DNA from: Octopus bimaculoides
Taxonomy: Eukaryota
DNA length: 64,000 bases
Assembly (NCBI RefSeq): GCF_001194135.2
Contig: NC_068993.1
Span: forward strand, 30,286,794-30,350,793
Reading direction: 5' to 3'
The translations under genes were made by a program, and so were the position numbers. Positions 14,144 to 27,600 of the stretch are shown here, piece by piece. Below the pieces are notes generated by a model. The model did no database searches, was not told the origin of the DNA, and worked only from the letters and a program-made list of their open reading frames with translations. Position 1 is the stretch's first letter; each line of letters starts with the position of its first letter.

Positions 14144-14964
14144 GCAGTTAAAAATACTTTTCTCGTCACGAAGTGGGATTAATCTTTGATCTAATCATAT
14201 GAAAACCTTCTTATATTATTGTTGTTTATCGATATGTAACTGTTATTTAATTCCAATGGAAATAACAAAATAAATTACTCTAAAAGATTCTGCTTCTATA
14301 GTAGCTACTGCAATTATAACAAGAGCGATAATTTGAATAAGAAAACAAATAAAAATAAATAAATCATTGAATTGTGAATTCTCTGACTCAGTTATTGCTG
14401 TTTAATTCAAGTCAACCCTAAGGGTGCGTATAAATATTTAAAAGCTTCTAGTTGTGACCGCTCTGTTGTTTTTGTATATCGCTGAGTATATTATCTAAAC
14501 TGTCCATTTTATAGGCTGGTATTGTTTAGTAAGGTGAGCATGAAGTGGCCAATGCTCATCCCTAAAGACTTCATCATAAAACATTTCAGGCAAGTTTGTC
14601 TTTTGACGCCCATATATTTCCAGGCTATATCCATTGCAAAATTAGAACACGAGATTTAAATTTATCATTATCAATATTAAAATATCTTCACATTATAAAA
14701 TTACATTTGTGCAAAATATTAGATTTAAATCAAACGAGGTCAGTCTATTTCCAATCGATCATAATCCGCTTCAATAAAGTGCATATTAACATTCAGAGAT
14801 GTCAACGTACTCCTAATTGAGCCAATTTCCAACACATAACCTTAACAACAATGTCCAACACATAACCTTAACTTTTCTCTGAATTGACAAGTATTTGAAC
14901 TGAAAACACATCTCAAGAAATAATTGCATGCATAGTCATAGTATCAACATTCAAACAAAATATA

Positions 14965-14995
<31 letters not shown>

Positions 14996-15032
14996 NNNNN
15001 NNNNNNNNNNNNNNNNNNNNNNNNNNNNNNNN

Positions 15033-16200
15033 CTTAACAATATTAATAGCAACATACAATTCACCATGGAACACAGCAGTAAACAACTCACTTTTCTTGT
15101 CATCCTAATTAAAATAGTCAATAACCACATCGAAACAGACATCTTCTATAAACCCACAGATTCTAAAAAATACCTATTATTCAACTCATGCTACCTCAAA
15201 CACATAAAAATTAATATACCCTATAATCTAGCGAAAAGAATCTGTACCATAGTTTCGGACCCCGATACTCGTGAACGAAGACTCCTTGAACTCAGATCGA
15301 TACTAATCGAAAGACATTACCNNNNNNNNNNAACGAAGACTCCTTGAACTCAGATCGATACTAATCGAAAGACATTACCCAATAACTTTAATAAATGATG
15401 AAATTAAACGAGCTAAGGAAATAGACATACGAACATTAAGAGAAGTCAACCGAAATGCTAAACCAGACTTAAAATACTCTCCACACATAACCCTAGAAAC
15501 AACGAAGCCTTTAACATTATCATCTAAAATCTAGCCATCCTCAAAAGAGATAAAACAATAAACAAAATTTTAGGCTAACACAAAATTATCAAAAGTAAAA
15601 TGCAACCTAAATCATTGAAAAAATATTAACCAGCGCAAGACTGTATCCATTAACAACAGAACCAAAAGTGAAAAAATGTGGTCGACCTAACTGTGGTACT
15701 TGCCCCCACTTTTTGGAGGGTTCAGAGTGCTACTTTAAACAAGGTGAAATATTTAAGATTAAATCACATTTCACCTGTGCCTCAGAAAATCTAATGTATG
15801 CCATTACATGCTTAGGGTGTGGTAATAATTATATTGGCCAAACAGGAATATTACTCCGTAGAAGAACCACTCTCCACAAAGAACAAATCCACCACCCACA
15901 ATACAGACAGGTACAGGTCAGTGGACACGCAGAAAGGTGTGCGAGGAATCTTAATCCTAATTTCCTAATTTTTCCCTTCTATCAATGTTCACAAAACACC
16001 TCAATACAACAAAGAATGAATAAAGAGACAACTTTCATCAATAAATATCTTCTACAACTAAATATGAACACATAACATAATATAGAACACCCCTACACAT
16101 AATCTTTTTACTCAGGGACTAGTAGATCTGACATCGTTCAGTTTTCGGTGTGCATTCAAAGCAATGATTAGTAACTTTACGAAACCGGTATGCTTTTGAA
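15033..16200 (+). mobile_element. Penelope-like element (Neptune-type) RT C-terminus + GIY-YIG endonuclease
   Basis: IQFTME...TDIFYKPTDSKKYL...IPYNLAKRICTIVSD; KCGRPNCGTC zinc-finger-like linker; YAITCLGCGNNYIGQTG GIY-YIG. Confidence 0.88.
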
Positions 16201-16810
16201 TCTCTTTAACAACTCAAAATAGTGACTTTTATTACTTTTATTCCTACCTCAGTTCATCTAATTGTATATATCTATAGTTACTTTTCATAAAAAGCCTTTA
16301 CTTTTTTCGATTTCCAATGTGCATTTTCGCTTATTTTTCTTCTTTCCACGTGTAGTTTCTATTTTGTTCTTGTAACATATTTCTATTATANNNNNNNNNN
16401 NNNNNNNNNNNNNNNNNNNNNNNNNNNNNNNNNNNNNNNNNNNNNNNNNNNNNNNNNNNNNNNNNNNNNNNNNNNNNNNNNNNNNNNNNNNNNNNNNNNN
16501 NNNNNNNNNNNNNNNNNNNNNNNNNNNNNNNNNNNNNNNNNNNNNNNNNNNNNNNNNNNNNNNNNNNNNNNNNNNNNNNNNNNNNNNNNNNNNNNNNNNN
16601 NNNNNNNNNNNNNNNNNNNNNNNNNNNNNNNNNNNNNNNNNNNNNNNNNNNNNNNNNNNNNNNNNNNNNNNNNNNNNNNNNNNNNNNNNNNNNNNNNNNN
16701 NNNNNNNNNNNNNNNNNNNNNNNNNNNNNNNNNNNNNNNNNNNNNNNNNNNNNNNNNNNNNNNNNNNNNNNNNNNNNNNNNNNNNNNNNNNNNNNNNNNN
16801 NNTGTGTGTG

Positions 16811-16890
<80 letters not shown>

Positions 16891-17084
16891 CACACATACA
16901 CAAACATACGTGCGTACACGCACACAAACATATACTCATCAATGATATGTTGTAAACGCATCTCTATATTTTTTTTATTAATATTTAATTATTTTTTGCC
17001 ATATTTTCATATCAGTTCCCTGCAGTTTAAAGCAGAAACCTTGCTAAATCCATCCACAGCCTCATCTTCTGAATGAAGTGATAT

Positions 17085-17290
17085 TGGTTTCAAATTTGGC
17101 ACAAGGCTAGCGAGTTCGGTGATGGGGGCAAGTCGATTACCCCAGTGCTTACATGGTACTTATCTTATGGACCCCGAAGTGATGAACTACAGAATTAACC
17201 TCGGTAGAATTTGAACACAGGACTTGAAGACGGATGAAATGCTGCTAGGCATTTTGCAGAGCGTCCTAAATATTCTACAGCGCGTCGTTT
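17085..17290 (-). mobile_element. SINE family A copy
   Basis: Reverse complement of family A (ggtacttatcttatggaccccgaag...cctcggtagaatttgaac...gaaatgctgctaggcattt). Confidence 0.75.
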
Positions 17291-18507
17291 AACTCCTGTT
17301 AAATATTAATAATACTAATAACATTTTCCTACCTAATTTTATATTTTCTTTGTTTCGTGGTACTATTTATTGTAATTGTTTCTTTTTATAAGCCCATAGT
17401 GAGAGTGAGGCGAAGTATATTACTCCTATAACTGGTAGAGTCGTGAAATTCACAACGTTAATTTATAAACCATTAACAGCTTGTTCACGTTTTTAAAGGT
17501 TGTCTTATTTATTAGATTATAATTTAGTATTTTTGTGGTATAGTAGTTTGACGTCATGTAATTTCTGTTCTGATTGGGAGTTCGATAATGTGTTCAAGTA
17601 TTCTCTAATAGTACTCTTAGATTAATGTACTGCATGTTAAATTACTGATAAAAATCGTTATTTTCACCGTGCACAACAAGATGTGAAACATTATTTACAT
17701 ATTTATTCTTAATACGTTCCAGTAAATTCGAACGCAGATACACTAGTCACTGTTGTGTACGTCACTGGAGAACAACGTCTTCTTTAATACATTCCAGCAG
17801 ATTCCAACGGAAATATATTACTCGATGTTATGCAATAAAGCTACTTGCTTGTTTAAGTACTTCTGTCAAACGTAACACATGTCGAAATACTGGTGTCCCT
17901 TGCACCAAAGAGCCGAGTGCGTTATGAATACATTGTCATTGTAAAAAAGAAGTTGTTCTGTTACGTACACAACAACAACTAACATATTATATAAGTTTAT
18001 TATATAACAAAAATGGGCAGTGATTATTTTAGATTAAACTATCTTTAGACTCATATAATTAAAGATGCATAAGAATATTTTATGACCGTTGTAATTGTTT
18101 TGTTTATTTAATTTATTTTATCTATTTGAATTTTGTATTTATTTTTATTATATTTATAATATTTTAAAATTATTAACGCTCACGCTTGTAAACATAGTTA
18201 TATTTAAATCAGTCTATTTTATGATTTAGCTGTCCTTGCATGAAATTTTTGTCTACTTTTTAGACAAATATTACTCGTACGAGATATGCATAAATGTGAA
18301 TTTTTATAAATTCACTAGTGGATATAAGTCGAAAGAAATTGTAGAATATATATTTGTTTAAATTATTTATTATATCATATATTATATTATATCTTTTTAT
18401 AATATAATTAAATTATATTGTAATGTTAATAAATTTTTAATATGTCAATTGTATTTCATTTCCTTTAATATTTAATACATATATATATTAATAGTTATCA
18501 CCAAGCT

Positions 18508-18915
18508 AACATGGCAGTTCAGGAAAATAGGACGAATGCTACCGTTGATTAGCTCCAAGAACCTGTGTCCATTATAACTTTCGAACAGGGGAGGTCAGCC
18601 GCTTCCCCTTACTGGTCAGGCATCTACAGACTAGTTTCGGGGCATTTGCCCCTTATCAATGCAGAGCAGCCGAACCCAGCAAGCATTGCTACTGACCGTC
18701 TGTTCGAAGGATTATTTATCTAAACTCAGTGCAATACATCCACACTTCGAAACTAGTCTGTAGACTCCAGACCAGCAAGGGGAAGTGGCTGACCTCCCCT
18801 GTTCGAAGGTTATAATGGACACAGGTTCGTGTGTCACATAGCTAGCTAGAGGCGATGGAGTCTTGGAGCTAATCAACGGCAGCGTTCATCCTATTTTCCT
18901 GGACTGCCATGTTAA
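18508..18915. repeat. Long imperfect inverted repeat (probable inverted PLE pseudo-LTR pair)
   Basis: Arms ~18508-18638 and ~18750-18915 are reverse complements apart from a ~33-nt indel; both arms carry GAAACTAGTCtgtag. Confidence 0.85.
18624..18664 (-). ncRNA. Degenerate minimal type I hammerhead ribozyme
   Basis: ctgca-TTGATAA-ggggc aaat gcccc-GAAAC-TA-GTC-tgtag; helices I/II pair, helix III palindromic; core CUGAUGA mutated at two positions. Confidence 0.65.
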
Positions 18916-19284
18916 CTTATCGATAACTATTAATATTCAGTACCGCAGCCGTATTCTCCTTTAGAGAGACTTAGAAATATATATATATATATANNNNNNN
19001 NNNNNNNNNNNNNNNNNNNNNNNNNNNNNNNNNNNNNNNNNNNNNNNNNNNNNNNNNNNNNNNNNNNNNNNNNNNNNNNNNNNNNNNNNNNNNNNNNNNN
19101 NNNNNNNNNNNNNNNNNNNNNNNNNNNNNNNNNNNNNNNNNNNNNNNNNNNNNNNNNNNNNNNNNNNNNNNNNNNNNNNNNNNNNNNNNNNNNNNNNNNN
19201 NNNNNNNNNNNNNNNNNNNNNNNNNNNNNNNNNNNNNNNNNNNNNNNNNNNNNNNNNNNNNNNNCACACACATATATATATATA

Positions 19285-19443
19285 CGACGGGCTACTTTCA
19301 GTTTCCGTCTACCAAATCTACTCACAAGGCTTTGGTTAGCCCAAGGCTATAGTAGAAGACACTTGCCCAAGGCGCCACGCAGTGGGACTGAACCCGGAAC
19401 CACGTGGCTGGTAGGCAAGCTACTTACCACACAGCCACTCCTG
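19285..19443 (-). mobile_element. SINE family B head
   Basis: cgacgggc..tttcagtttccgtctaccaaat...cacttgcccaagg...cttaccacacagccactcctg. Confidence 0.85.
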
Positions 19444-19451
19444 TATATATA

Positions 19452-19909
19452 TGTCACTAAAGTGACAAAGGCCAGTAATCAGAATTAGTGTTGCTACAAA
19501 GAAGTGTCAAAACAACTCAAAAGCAACGAAAAGTACTGTCTAAATGACTGACAAAGGAGGGAGGCTTCCTACAGCAGCGGATATAGCCAGATTATCGATG
19601 CTTTCACTTTTTAATGCTCATGAGTGTCTCTTATCGCGCCCAGGGTAAAACTCAACTCGCTTTGTCAGTTTAGAAGATTTCTGTTGAAATCACACCCTGA
19701 TGTTATAAACGGCAAAAGAGCAAATTATAAATATGGGTAGCTTATTCGCAATTTTACAACCTAAAGGCAGAAATATAGACGTCACTGCTGTAGGGAGTTT
19801 ATCTCCCTTGTCAGACTTTAAGATAGTGCTTTTCGTGGCTACTGAAAATTTTAACTCGCATTTGTAGGAATGCCGGTGCTAAGTTGTGACCGTTGTCACT
19901 TTAGTGACG
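19452..19909. mobile_element. MITE-like element bounded by 16-bp perfect inverted repeats
   Basis: gtcactaaagtgacaa (19453-19468) and ttgtcactttagtgac (19893-19908); non-coding interior; no TSD established. Confidence 0.5.
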
Positions 19910-20884
19910 TCAATATTACTCCATTTCGTTTGCAAAATTGCCAATAAGCCACCACGCGTATTATATCTATCTATCTATCTATCTAGTTTGTCCGTTATGA
20001 AGCAAATACATAGATAAATAAGTAAAGAAAGAGACAAAGAGAGAAATCTTGTGCGTATCATCACACGCGTACAAACACAAATACACATATACACAAATAC
20101 ACAAACCGAAAAATACCACACTATTAGCACATATATATGAGAGAGTGTAAATGAATTAGACTTATAGATGTCCATGTATGTATACGCAGATACATGTATA
20201 TATGCACACACGCACGCATACACACACACGCACACACATATAACTACATACATACACACATACACATATACATGTATATATACATGTATACGTACATATG
20301 AATACATATACACATATACATACATGTGAACATATATACAAAAATATACAAGCTCCTATCATATACATACGTACATACATACATATNNNNNNNNNNNNNN
20401 NNNNNNNNNNNNNNNNNNNNNNNNNNNNNNNNNNNNNNNNNNNNNNNNNNNNNNNNNNNNNNNNNNNNNNNNNNNNNNNNNNNNNNTGTGACTGTGTGTA
20501 TGTGTTTATTCACGTGCGAGTGCATATGAGTGTGCGCCCGTGTGTGTATGTATTGAGAGGACAGAGAGTAAACGCTGAAATAAATTGTAATACAATGTCA
20601 GAACCTAAATAAATTTCAGTGGCTGGGAATTAAGAGGAGTGAGCCGAACCCTGCTCAATGATAGATATTATTTTATTGATCTTACAATCTTTGCATCTTT
20701 GAACTGGAAACTCATCAATGAAAATCAACTGAGAACAAGGCCAAACGGTGAGAGGAAATATTTGAATTCATTGAAGCTGTACTTGATAATTTGCTGTCAG
20801 GGATTCTGTGGACTGTAATGTGTTGGCTGCAGATTTACAGGGAGACAATCAAGGTATTTATGATGCCTACACAGACAATATTAC

Positions 20885-21065
20885 ATGTGTGGCACAACCG
20901 TTACAACGCCGGGCAAAAAGCATACCGGCATTTCATTCGTCTTTATGTTCTGAGTTCAAATTCCGCCGAGTTCGACTTTGTCCATCATCCTTTCGGGGTC
21001 AATAAAATAAGTACCAGTTACTCCTCCCCCAAAATTTCAGGCCTTGTGCCAAAACTTGAAACCAA
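20885..21065 (+). mobile_element. SINE family A copy (first of three in tandem)
   Basis: gttctgagttcaaattccgccgag...catcctttcggggtc.ataaaataagtaccag...aaatttcaggccttgtgcc. Confidence 0.85.
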
Positions 21066-21082
21066 TACTACATACATTAATA

Positions 21083-21290
21083 AGGCGGTGAGCTGGTGGA
21101 ACCATTAGCACGGCAGACAAAATGCTTAGCGACATTTCATCCGTCTTTATCTTCTGAGTTCAAATTCCGCTGAGGTCGTCTTTGTCTTTCATCCTTTCGG
21201 GGTCGATAAACTAAGTACCAGTTGATATAATCGACAACCGTTCTTCTTTAAAATTTCAGAAATTGTGCCTACAGTAGAAAGGATTATTTT
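21083..21290 (+). mobile_element. SINE family A copy (second)
   Basis: aaggcggtgagctgg...ttagcacg...atgcttagcg.catttc head plus core. Confidence 0.85.
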
Positions 21291-21309
21291 TATTAAGAAC
21301 AGCTAAACT

Positions 21310-21495
21310 GTCGAGCTGGCAAAATCGTTAGAGCGTCGGAGAAAATGACCTGAGGCACTTCTACGGACCTAGTTGAGGAAGTCAACTTTTCCTTGTATCC
21401 TTTTGAGGATCGATAGAATAATGTACCAGTTAAGGACTGAGGCCAATGTCATCTACTAACATCCTCTCCCATAAATTCTGGTCTTCTGCTTAAAT
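21310..21495 (+). mobile_element. SINE family A copy (third, decayed)
   Basis: gagctggcaaaatcgttag...gatcgatagaataatgtaccag. Confidence 0.65.
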
Positions 21496-21809
21496 CAGGA
21501 ACTCCTATCATTAAGAATGGTAGATATCAAAAGTGATAGAGCACTGGAGAAAATGCTTTACGGTATTTAGATATGGCCCTTTGTTTTCTCAATCTTAATT
21601 TCACTGATCCCAAGATTAAATACCCATCAAAAACTACTAACATTGATCTAAACGTTTAGACTTTTCCCAAACTTCGGGCCTTCCCTAGACTTCAGCCAAT
21701 GCTAGAAATCATCTATCAATATTCAAGCAATTATGTTGATATTGCAGTGCCATGATCATGATTTCGACTTAATGTGTGTGCGTGCGCCTGCGTGCGCGCA
21801 TATATGTGT

Positions 21810-23080
21810 GCGCATAGTGCCGAGGCGTGATATTTTCTGAATACTCTGTATCTTATACAGACACAAGTATACAACCAGATAAAACCATTATGTCGAGGCG
21901 GTTATATATTTGTATTTATTTTTATTATTTCCTAATTAATGGGAACTAATAGAGAGTTTCTATCGTTCTTACATTTTTATATCACTTTTGCTATGTCTTT
22001 ATATTACAGTAATTTCTCCATTTCTTTTGATGATTTTTGTTTTACAATAATATCTGGATGATTATCCTTACTCGCTTTGTGTGCGTAAATTTCTACGTTC
22101 CTGAATATTCAGTTTTTCAACATGTGAAACAGTTTGCGTCTTTCATCTACACATACATCATGATATTGATATACTCCTATCTCTATTGAATTCGATTCTA
22201 CCCTAGTTGTTCGCTAATACAGTGTAACTACAAATCCTGTAACTAGTACTCCACAGTTTCGAGAAATACAGTTACATTTTGTATTCTATCTCTGTGTATA
22301 TGTATCGGTCATCTCTGGCAGCAGGACTTTGAATTTTGAGTCTTGACTTTCTAAAGTTTGTTTATCTATCCACTTTCTAGGGATTTTGTCGTGTATTTTC
22401 CATACAAAGCATTTTCTTGCCAACATTTTAGCAAGGTATTTTGTAGTCAGTTTTGAAATTTAGGATGCAGTTAACTAAAAATACTTTCTGGTTGTTTCTC
22501 TGCAATCCATACAGCAATGTCTCTGATTTTGACCTGTCTTTTCATACTCTATAGAATTATTCGAATTAGTCTCCCTTCAATTTTCACTCTATATTTTGTA
22601 GTCCTATTCTAGTTATTTTATAACAGTTTTCTAGTTGTAGACGTCCTCTCTCTCCCTGTGTTCGTAGATTATATAATCAGTGACGAGTTTCTGTATTCTA
22701 AATGTGGCTATTGCTATTCTTTTTATTTTATGAAGGGCTCTTAATTTATTCAGATTCCTGTTGAGAAAATTGGTAAATATTTTGGCTACAATGATAATAT
22801 TGCTGCTTATTGCTTTAATAGTGATATTTATGTCAATCTGAGCATTTAATCGTAGGCTTTTACATTATTCCTTCCTGACATTTTCTCTCCATTTTGGGTG
22901 AGTAGAATTAGTTCATTAATTCCTAATTATTTGTGAGTTTGTTCTCTGTATTATCTCTACGTAACGTTTTTTCGTAACGTTTTTCATATCATGTTCACGA
23001 TTTTTTCCCGAGCCAAATTTCATTAAAATGTCTCGATTGGATAAATGCCGCGTAGGCAGCAGCAATCACAGTTTTTGCAT
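21810..23080 (-). mobile_element. Decayed R4/Dong-like non-LTR retrotransposon 3' part
   Basis: Minus-strand ...RERGRLQLENCYKITRIGLQ... matches the 41250 copy (GGRGLIQLESYYKITTIGLQ); ends near IQKISRLGT (cf. QKxxLLGTA). Confidence 0.55.
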
Positions 23081-23169
23081 CTACAATATACATACTTTAG
23101 ACAGAAGTTAATTGTCGTCCCGTTGCATAAATAGGTAATTTTCATCCTCAAATATGTGATGCTGATTAA

Positions 23170-23292
<123 letters not shown>

Positions 23293-23442
23293 CAGGCTCA
23301 GAATGTCTCTTTTCTGTAAGGAAACAATCTAAAAAAATATTCTAGATTTACTCGTAACACGTTTAGAGTAAAGTATCTACTTTTATTGGCGCTAGTTAAT
23401 TTACATATGATATTCCCATAATCTAACAGAAAGAGAGAGAGA

Positions 23443-23493
<51 letters not shown>

Positions 23494-23929
23494 AATGGAG
23501 GGAGAAAGGAAGACTGTCAAAAGACGCTTGTTAATCAAGTCATGCCATGTATCTTTCTCTTATATTCTTCGGTTATGTAGTTGATTGCTCACTGATTTTT
23601 ACATGCATGTAACTCTTAGAGGTATCCTGTATGTTCTTCCAAATACAATCTTTTACTTCTTCGTGAGCAATTATTCTTTGCAACGATAATGCTGTTATGG
23701 TTAATATTCTGTAGGCAGGTTTATTAGCCTGCAGTTCTGCGTGTGCGTAAGTGTGTGAGAAAGGGGATAATGTTTTGTTAGTTTAGGGAATTAAGGTGCT
23801 TTGCCTCTTGGTGAAGCCTTCCAGTGTTATCTCAGGATTTTCAGTAGCTTGTGGAATATTTCTGAAAACATGTGTTGAATGCATATCAATTTAGTCAAAA
23901 TTTGATATTTTGACTTTTATTATTTATGC

Positions 23930-24130
23930 CTGGCAGAATCGTTTAGCACGCCGGGAAAAATACTTAGGGGGCATTTCGTCCGTCTTTACGTTCTGATTTC
24001 AAATTCGACCGGAGTCGACTTTGCCTTTCATTCTTTCGTGGTCGAGAAAATAAGTACCAGTTGCGGACTAGGGGTGATGTAATCGACTAGCCCTTTCCCC
24101 CAAATTTCAGGTCGTGTACCTATAAAGAAA
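23930..24130 (+). mobile_element. SINE family A copy
   Basis: ctggcagaatcgtttagcacgccggg...gagaaaataagtaccagttg...aaatttcagg. Confidence 0.85.
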
Positions 24131-25397
24131 GAATTATATGTCTATTTATAACGCGATTGTTGACTAATATTGTCATTAATTAAATATTTATGACTTTCCA
24201 CTGTATTTCTCACTAGTACAGTGACAGGGGAGTGTCTGTGACCTTTTATAGAACGCAAATCTGAAAATACTTCGTTAGAAAAGAACCAGTTGTTTTTTCC
24301 TGCTTGTGTTCTTTTGTTTTTCTTTACAACAGTACTCTTCCACAGATATACATCTACAGATATACACCTATTCAAAGACAGACATTAGCAATTCATCAAG
24401 CTGTGTGTCTTTTGACTTCATTATGTATTTTAGAGGAGATTGACATTTTTAACTGAAACTCCGTATGCACATTAAACTCAATTAGATACACTGGACACTT
24501 GAAAGCAGCTCAGGATTCACCATATTCTGTTTACGAAAAGTTTGTAGAATAAAACAATAGAGTAGTTTAAGATTTGTCCGATAACACACGCACTATCGAC
24601 TAAAACTTGGCTTTACTCTGACGTACACTACATAGGGACATCGCAGACGTAAATAGATACCATAATTTTTGAAAGATTTACTTCTTTATATTTGCTTCAA
24701 TGAGCAGAATGTGTCGAGCAGTATTACAGCAAATAGGAGAAATTATTCTCTTATGACATACACTATATCGATCAGTATATTTTGCATCTGAACCTTCCCT
24801 GATGTACTAACAATAAAAATTAGAAAACATTCATTCCAGACTTCGCTGCACCAGGTGTAAATAACGATATTATTTTATCAGTTGGCAAATATAAACATCG
24901 ATCAGCAAACAATAATTTCACTGAATGTGAAAACAAAGCCAGCATCTGGTTGACGAAACACATGTCCAAATAGCAGTGTCCCAGAATGCTGTGCACCAAT
25001 GTGCCAAGTGTGTCCTCGTAAAAGAGAGAAATTTTCTCCTAGAGTATTTTCTGTTCGTGACTAAGAGTTGTCTTGACTCTTATTTCTAGCAATGCTGGGT
25101 CTGACTTGCACATTTTAGTCACTTTTAGTGACACTTTATGTATACACATACACACATACACACGCACACATGCATATATATATATATATATATATATATA
25201 NNNNNNNNNNNNNNNNNNNNNNNNNNNNNNNNNNNNNNNNNNNNNNNNNNNNNNNNNNNNNNNNNNNNNNNNNNNNNNNNNNNNNNNNNNNNNNNNNNNN
25301 NNNNNNNNNNNNNNNNNNNNNNNNNNNNNNNNNNNNNNNNNNNNNNNNNNNNNNNNNNNNNNNNNNNNNNNNNNNNNNNNNNNNNNNNNNNNNNNNC

Positions 25398-26790
25398 TGC
25401 CCTCATCTGCACCTCCTGCCGCGAAGTTGGTTCATCTGGGACACCTGGCAGGAAGAGGTCCAGCCTCATCTTGAAGACACCTACATCCACCCCATGCAAG
25501 TCTCTCAGGTCCTTCGGGAGGATATTGAAGAGCTGTGGACCTCCGAGGTCCAGGCTATTGCAGTATCTTGTCCTACATCTTGATGGCAAATTTGGAGTCC
25601 TTGACACTATGCAATGGCGTCCAGTTCTTTTATTTGTGTAACTTTCGATGCCAAAGTTTGGGACAATTCCTTCAAGGATCTTCCAGATGTATATTATGGC
25701 ATATCTTTCTCCCCTACGCTCTAAGGAATAGAGTCTTAATCTCTTGAGTCTTTCCTAATAGCTTATATGCTGCATAGAGGCTATCTTCTTCGTGTAGCTT
25801 CGTTGGATTGCCTCAAGTTCTGAGATTAATTTGACACTGGTTGGTGACCATAGCTGAGAGCAATAGTCAAAGTGGCTTAAAACAAGTGTCCTCCAAAGCA
25901 CCATCATGGTTTCTTGATCTCTTGTTCTAAAAGTTCCAAGAATCCATCCGGTCAGTCGCCTGCATTTCATTGACAATTTAGCAACATGAACATGAAAGGA
26001 TGCATTATTACTCATGTAAATGCCCAGGTCTCGCACTGACTGTGCCTCTGGGATTGCAGTCCTTCCAGGTCCAGTGTATTTAATGGCTACTGCATTTAGT
26101 CTTGCATGCTGATAGCACAAGGCTTGAAACTTTTCAGCATTAAACTGCATGTTATTCTTTTCAGCCCACTTGTATATAGTTCACATTGCAGGTGCATAAT
26201 GTCTTCAGGGTTCTGTATTACCTGTGAGACTTTTGTATCATCTGCATAACTTGTGATCGTGGCTCTCTGTGTGGCTGAGGGCATGTCTGAGAGGGCCATT
26301 ATGAACAGTATTGGTCCCAAAACAGTGCCTTGCGGAACACCGCTCACTATTTGCGTGTCATTGGAAGTGGCCCCATTGGCTACTACCACCTGACTTCTAT
26401 CCTTCAGAAAGTCAAGAAGCCACTCTCCCAATTTTCCAACTATGCCGAGATCACGCAGTTTGTGACATATCATTCCATGGTCGACTTTATCAAAGGCCTT
26501 TGCAAAGTCGAGATATATCACTTCCACATTTGAGTGGTTAAGTAGCTGTTTCAGCACCCAGTCATATTGTTGTAAGGGCTGAGTCAGGTAGCTTCTTCCT
26601 GGTCGGAAACCATGTTGGGTGTCAGGCAGCAAGTCATTTTCTTCAAGGAAGGCGATTAGTTTTCTTCTGACTATTCGTTCGATGACCTTGCTGATGTGCA
26701 AGGTCAGAGAGATAAGTCTGTAGTTCTTGGCCTCCGCTCTGCTACCTCCTTTATGAATAGGGCATATTTTACCCTCCTTCAGTTTCCTTT
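25398..26790 (-). mobile_element. CR1-clade LINE 3' part (RT)
   Basis: QHGFRPGRS, YLDFAKAFDKVDH, SGVPQGTVLGP, YADDTK, QFNAEK, YCSQLWSP, GPQLFNILP...FKMRLDLFLPGVPDEP; few disablements. Confidence 0.92.
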
Positions 26791-26799
26791 AACCTCTTT

Positions 26800-27600
26800 C
26801 AGTTTCCACTCAGAAGCTACCAAGGGAGAAATTTAAACAATGTTCCACACCGTGGAACTAAACTCAAGATTGCGAACTAAACATCTTTATCAAACAGTGA
26901 AACCTCCTTTTATTTTTGGGTATTTTCCAATAATTCTTATGCTGCAGCATTCAATTTTTGATTTGATTTCTTATACCTTCCTACCATTCTATTGTTTTGT
27001 TTGTTGCTTTATAAACATTGTCCTCTGTAGCGAGTGTGCCAACAACTGTTCCCAGTACTAACACTTCCTTTGCCATTTGTACTGCAACGGTTTCAATTTT
27101 ATTTCATCTTTTTCTTGGAAAAAACTTTTTTAGTCGAAGATAAAGTATTTGTTTATTTTATTCAAAGAATCTTTGTCGCTATTCATATTGACGAATTCTT
27201 TAAGATTTAGTGAGGTTCTTTTTGCATCAAACGCTCTTTGATTTCGGGCAATTCTTTTTATTTTACTATTTTTAATATATTTTTGAATTACTTTTGTCTT
27301 TTCATTTATTTTTCATTTGCGTCGTTTTCGCTGTTGATCTCATTAAGGATTGAGAATTGTCTTCTTTTATCTTTCTTTTTGCTTTCTCTGCGTGTTTTCC
27401 GTGTGGTTTGCTTTGGTTTAGATGTTTCTGTACGAAGGAGATTATCGATTTTAATTATATAACTATTTCCCCCTTTATTGTCAGATTCAATATTTTCAGT
27501 TTTATATCTTAGATCTTTTCCCATATTAACCTGTGTTCATATTTTTGTTGGTGTAGTTATGGTTCGACTACTGGTGGTCAATAATCTATAACTATGCCTG
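26800..27600 (-). mobile_element. Decayed R4/Dong-like pre-RT fragment
   Basis: Lys-rich minus-strand fragments with ...KEVLVLGTVV / EQYWEQLL-like PxxEEVxxFW motif; frameshifted. Confidence 0.4.

Noticed and set aside
15272-15379. ~48-bp direct repeat either side of a 10-N gap in the Penelope ORF
   Set aside because: Typical unmerged contig overlap, not a biological duplication
16095-16200. GAAACCGGTA at the 3' end of the Neptune-like element as a hammerhead
   Set aside because: No recognisable CUGANGA or helix I; at best a decayed remnant
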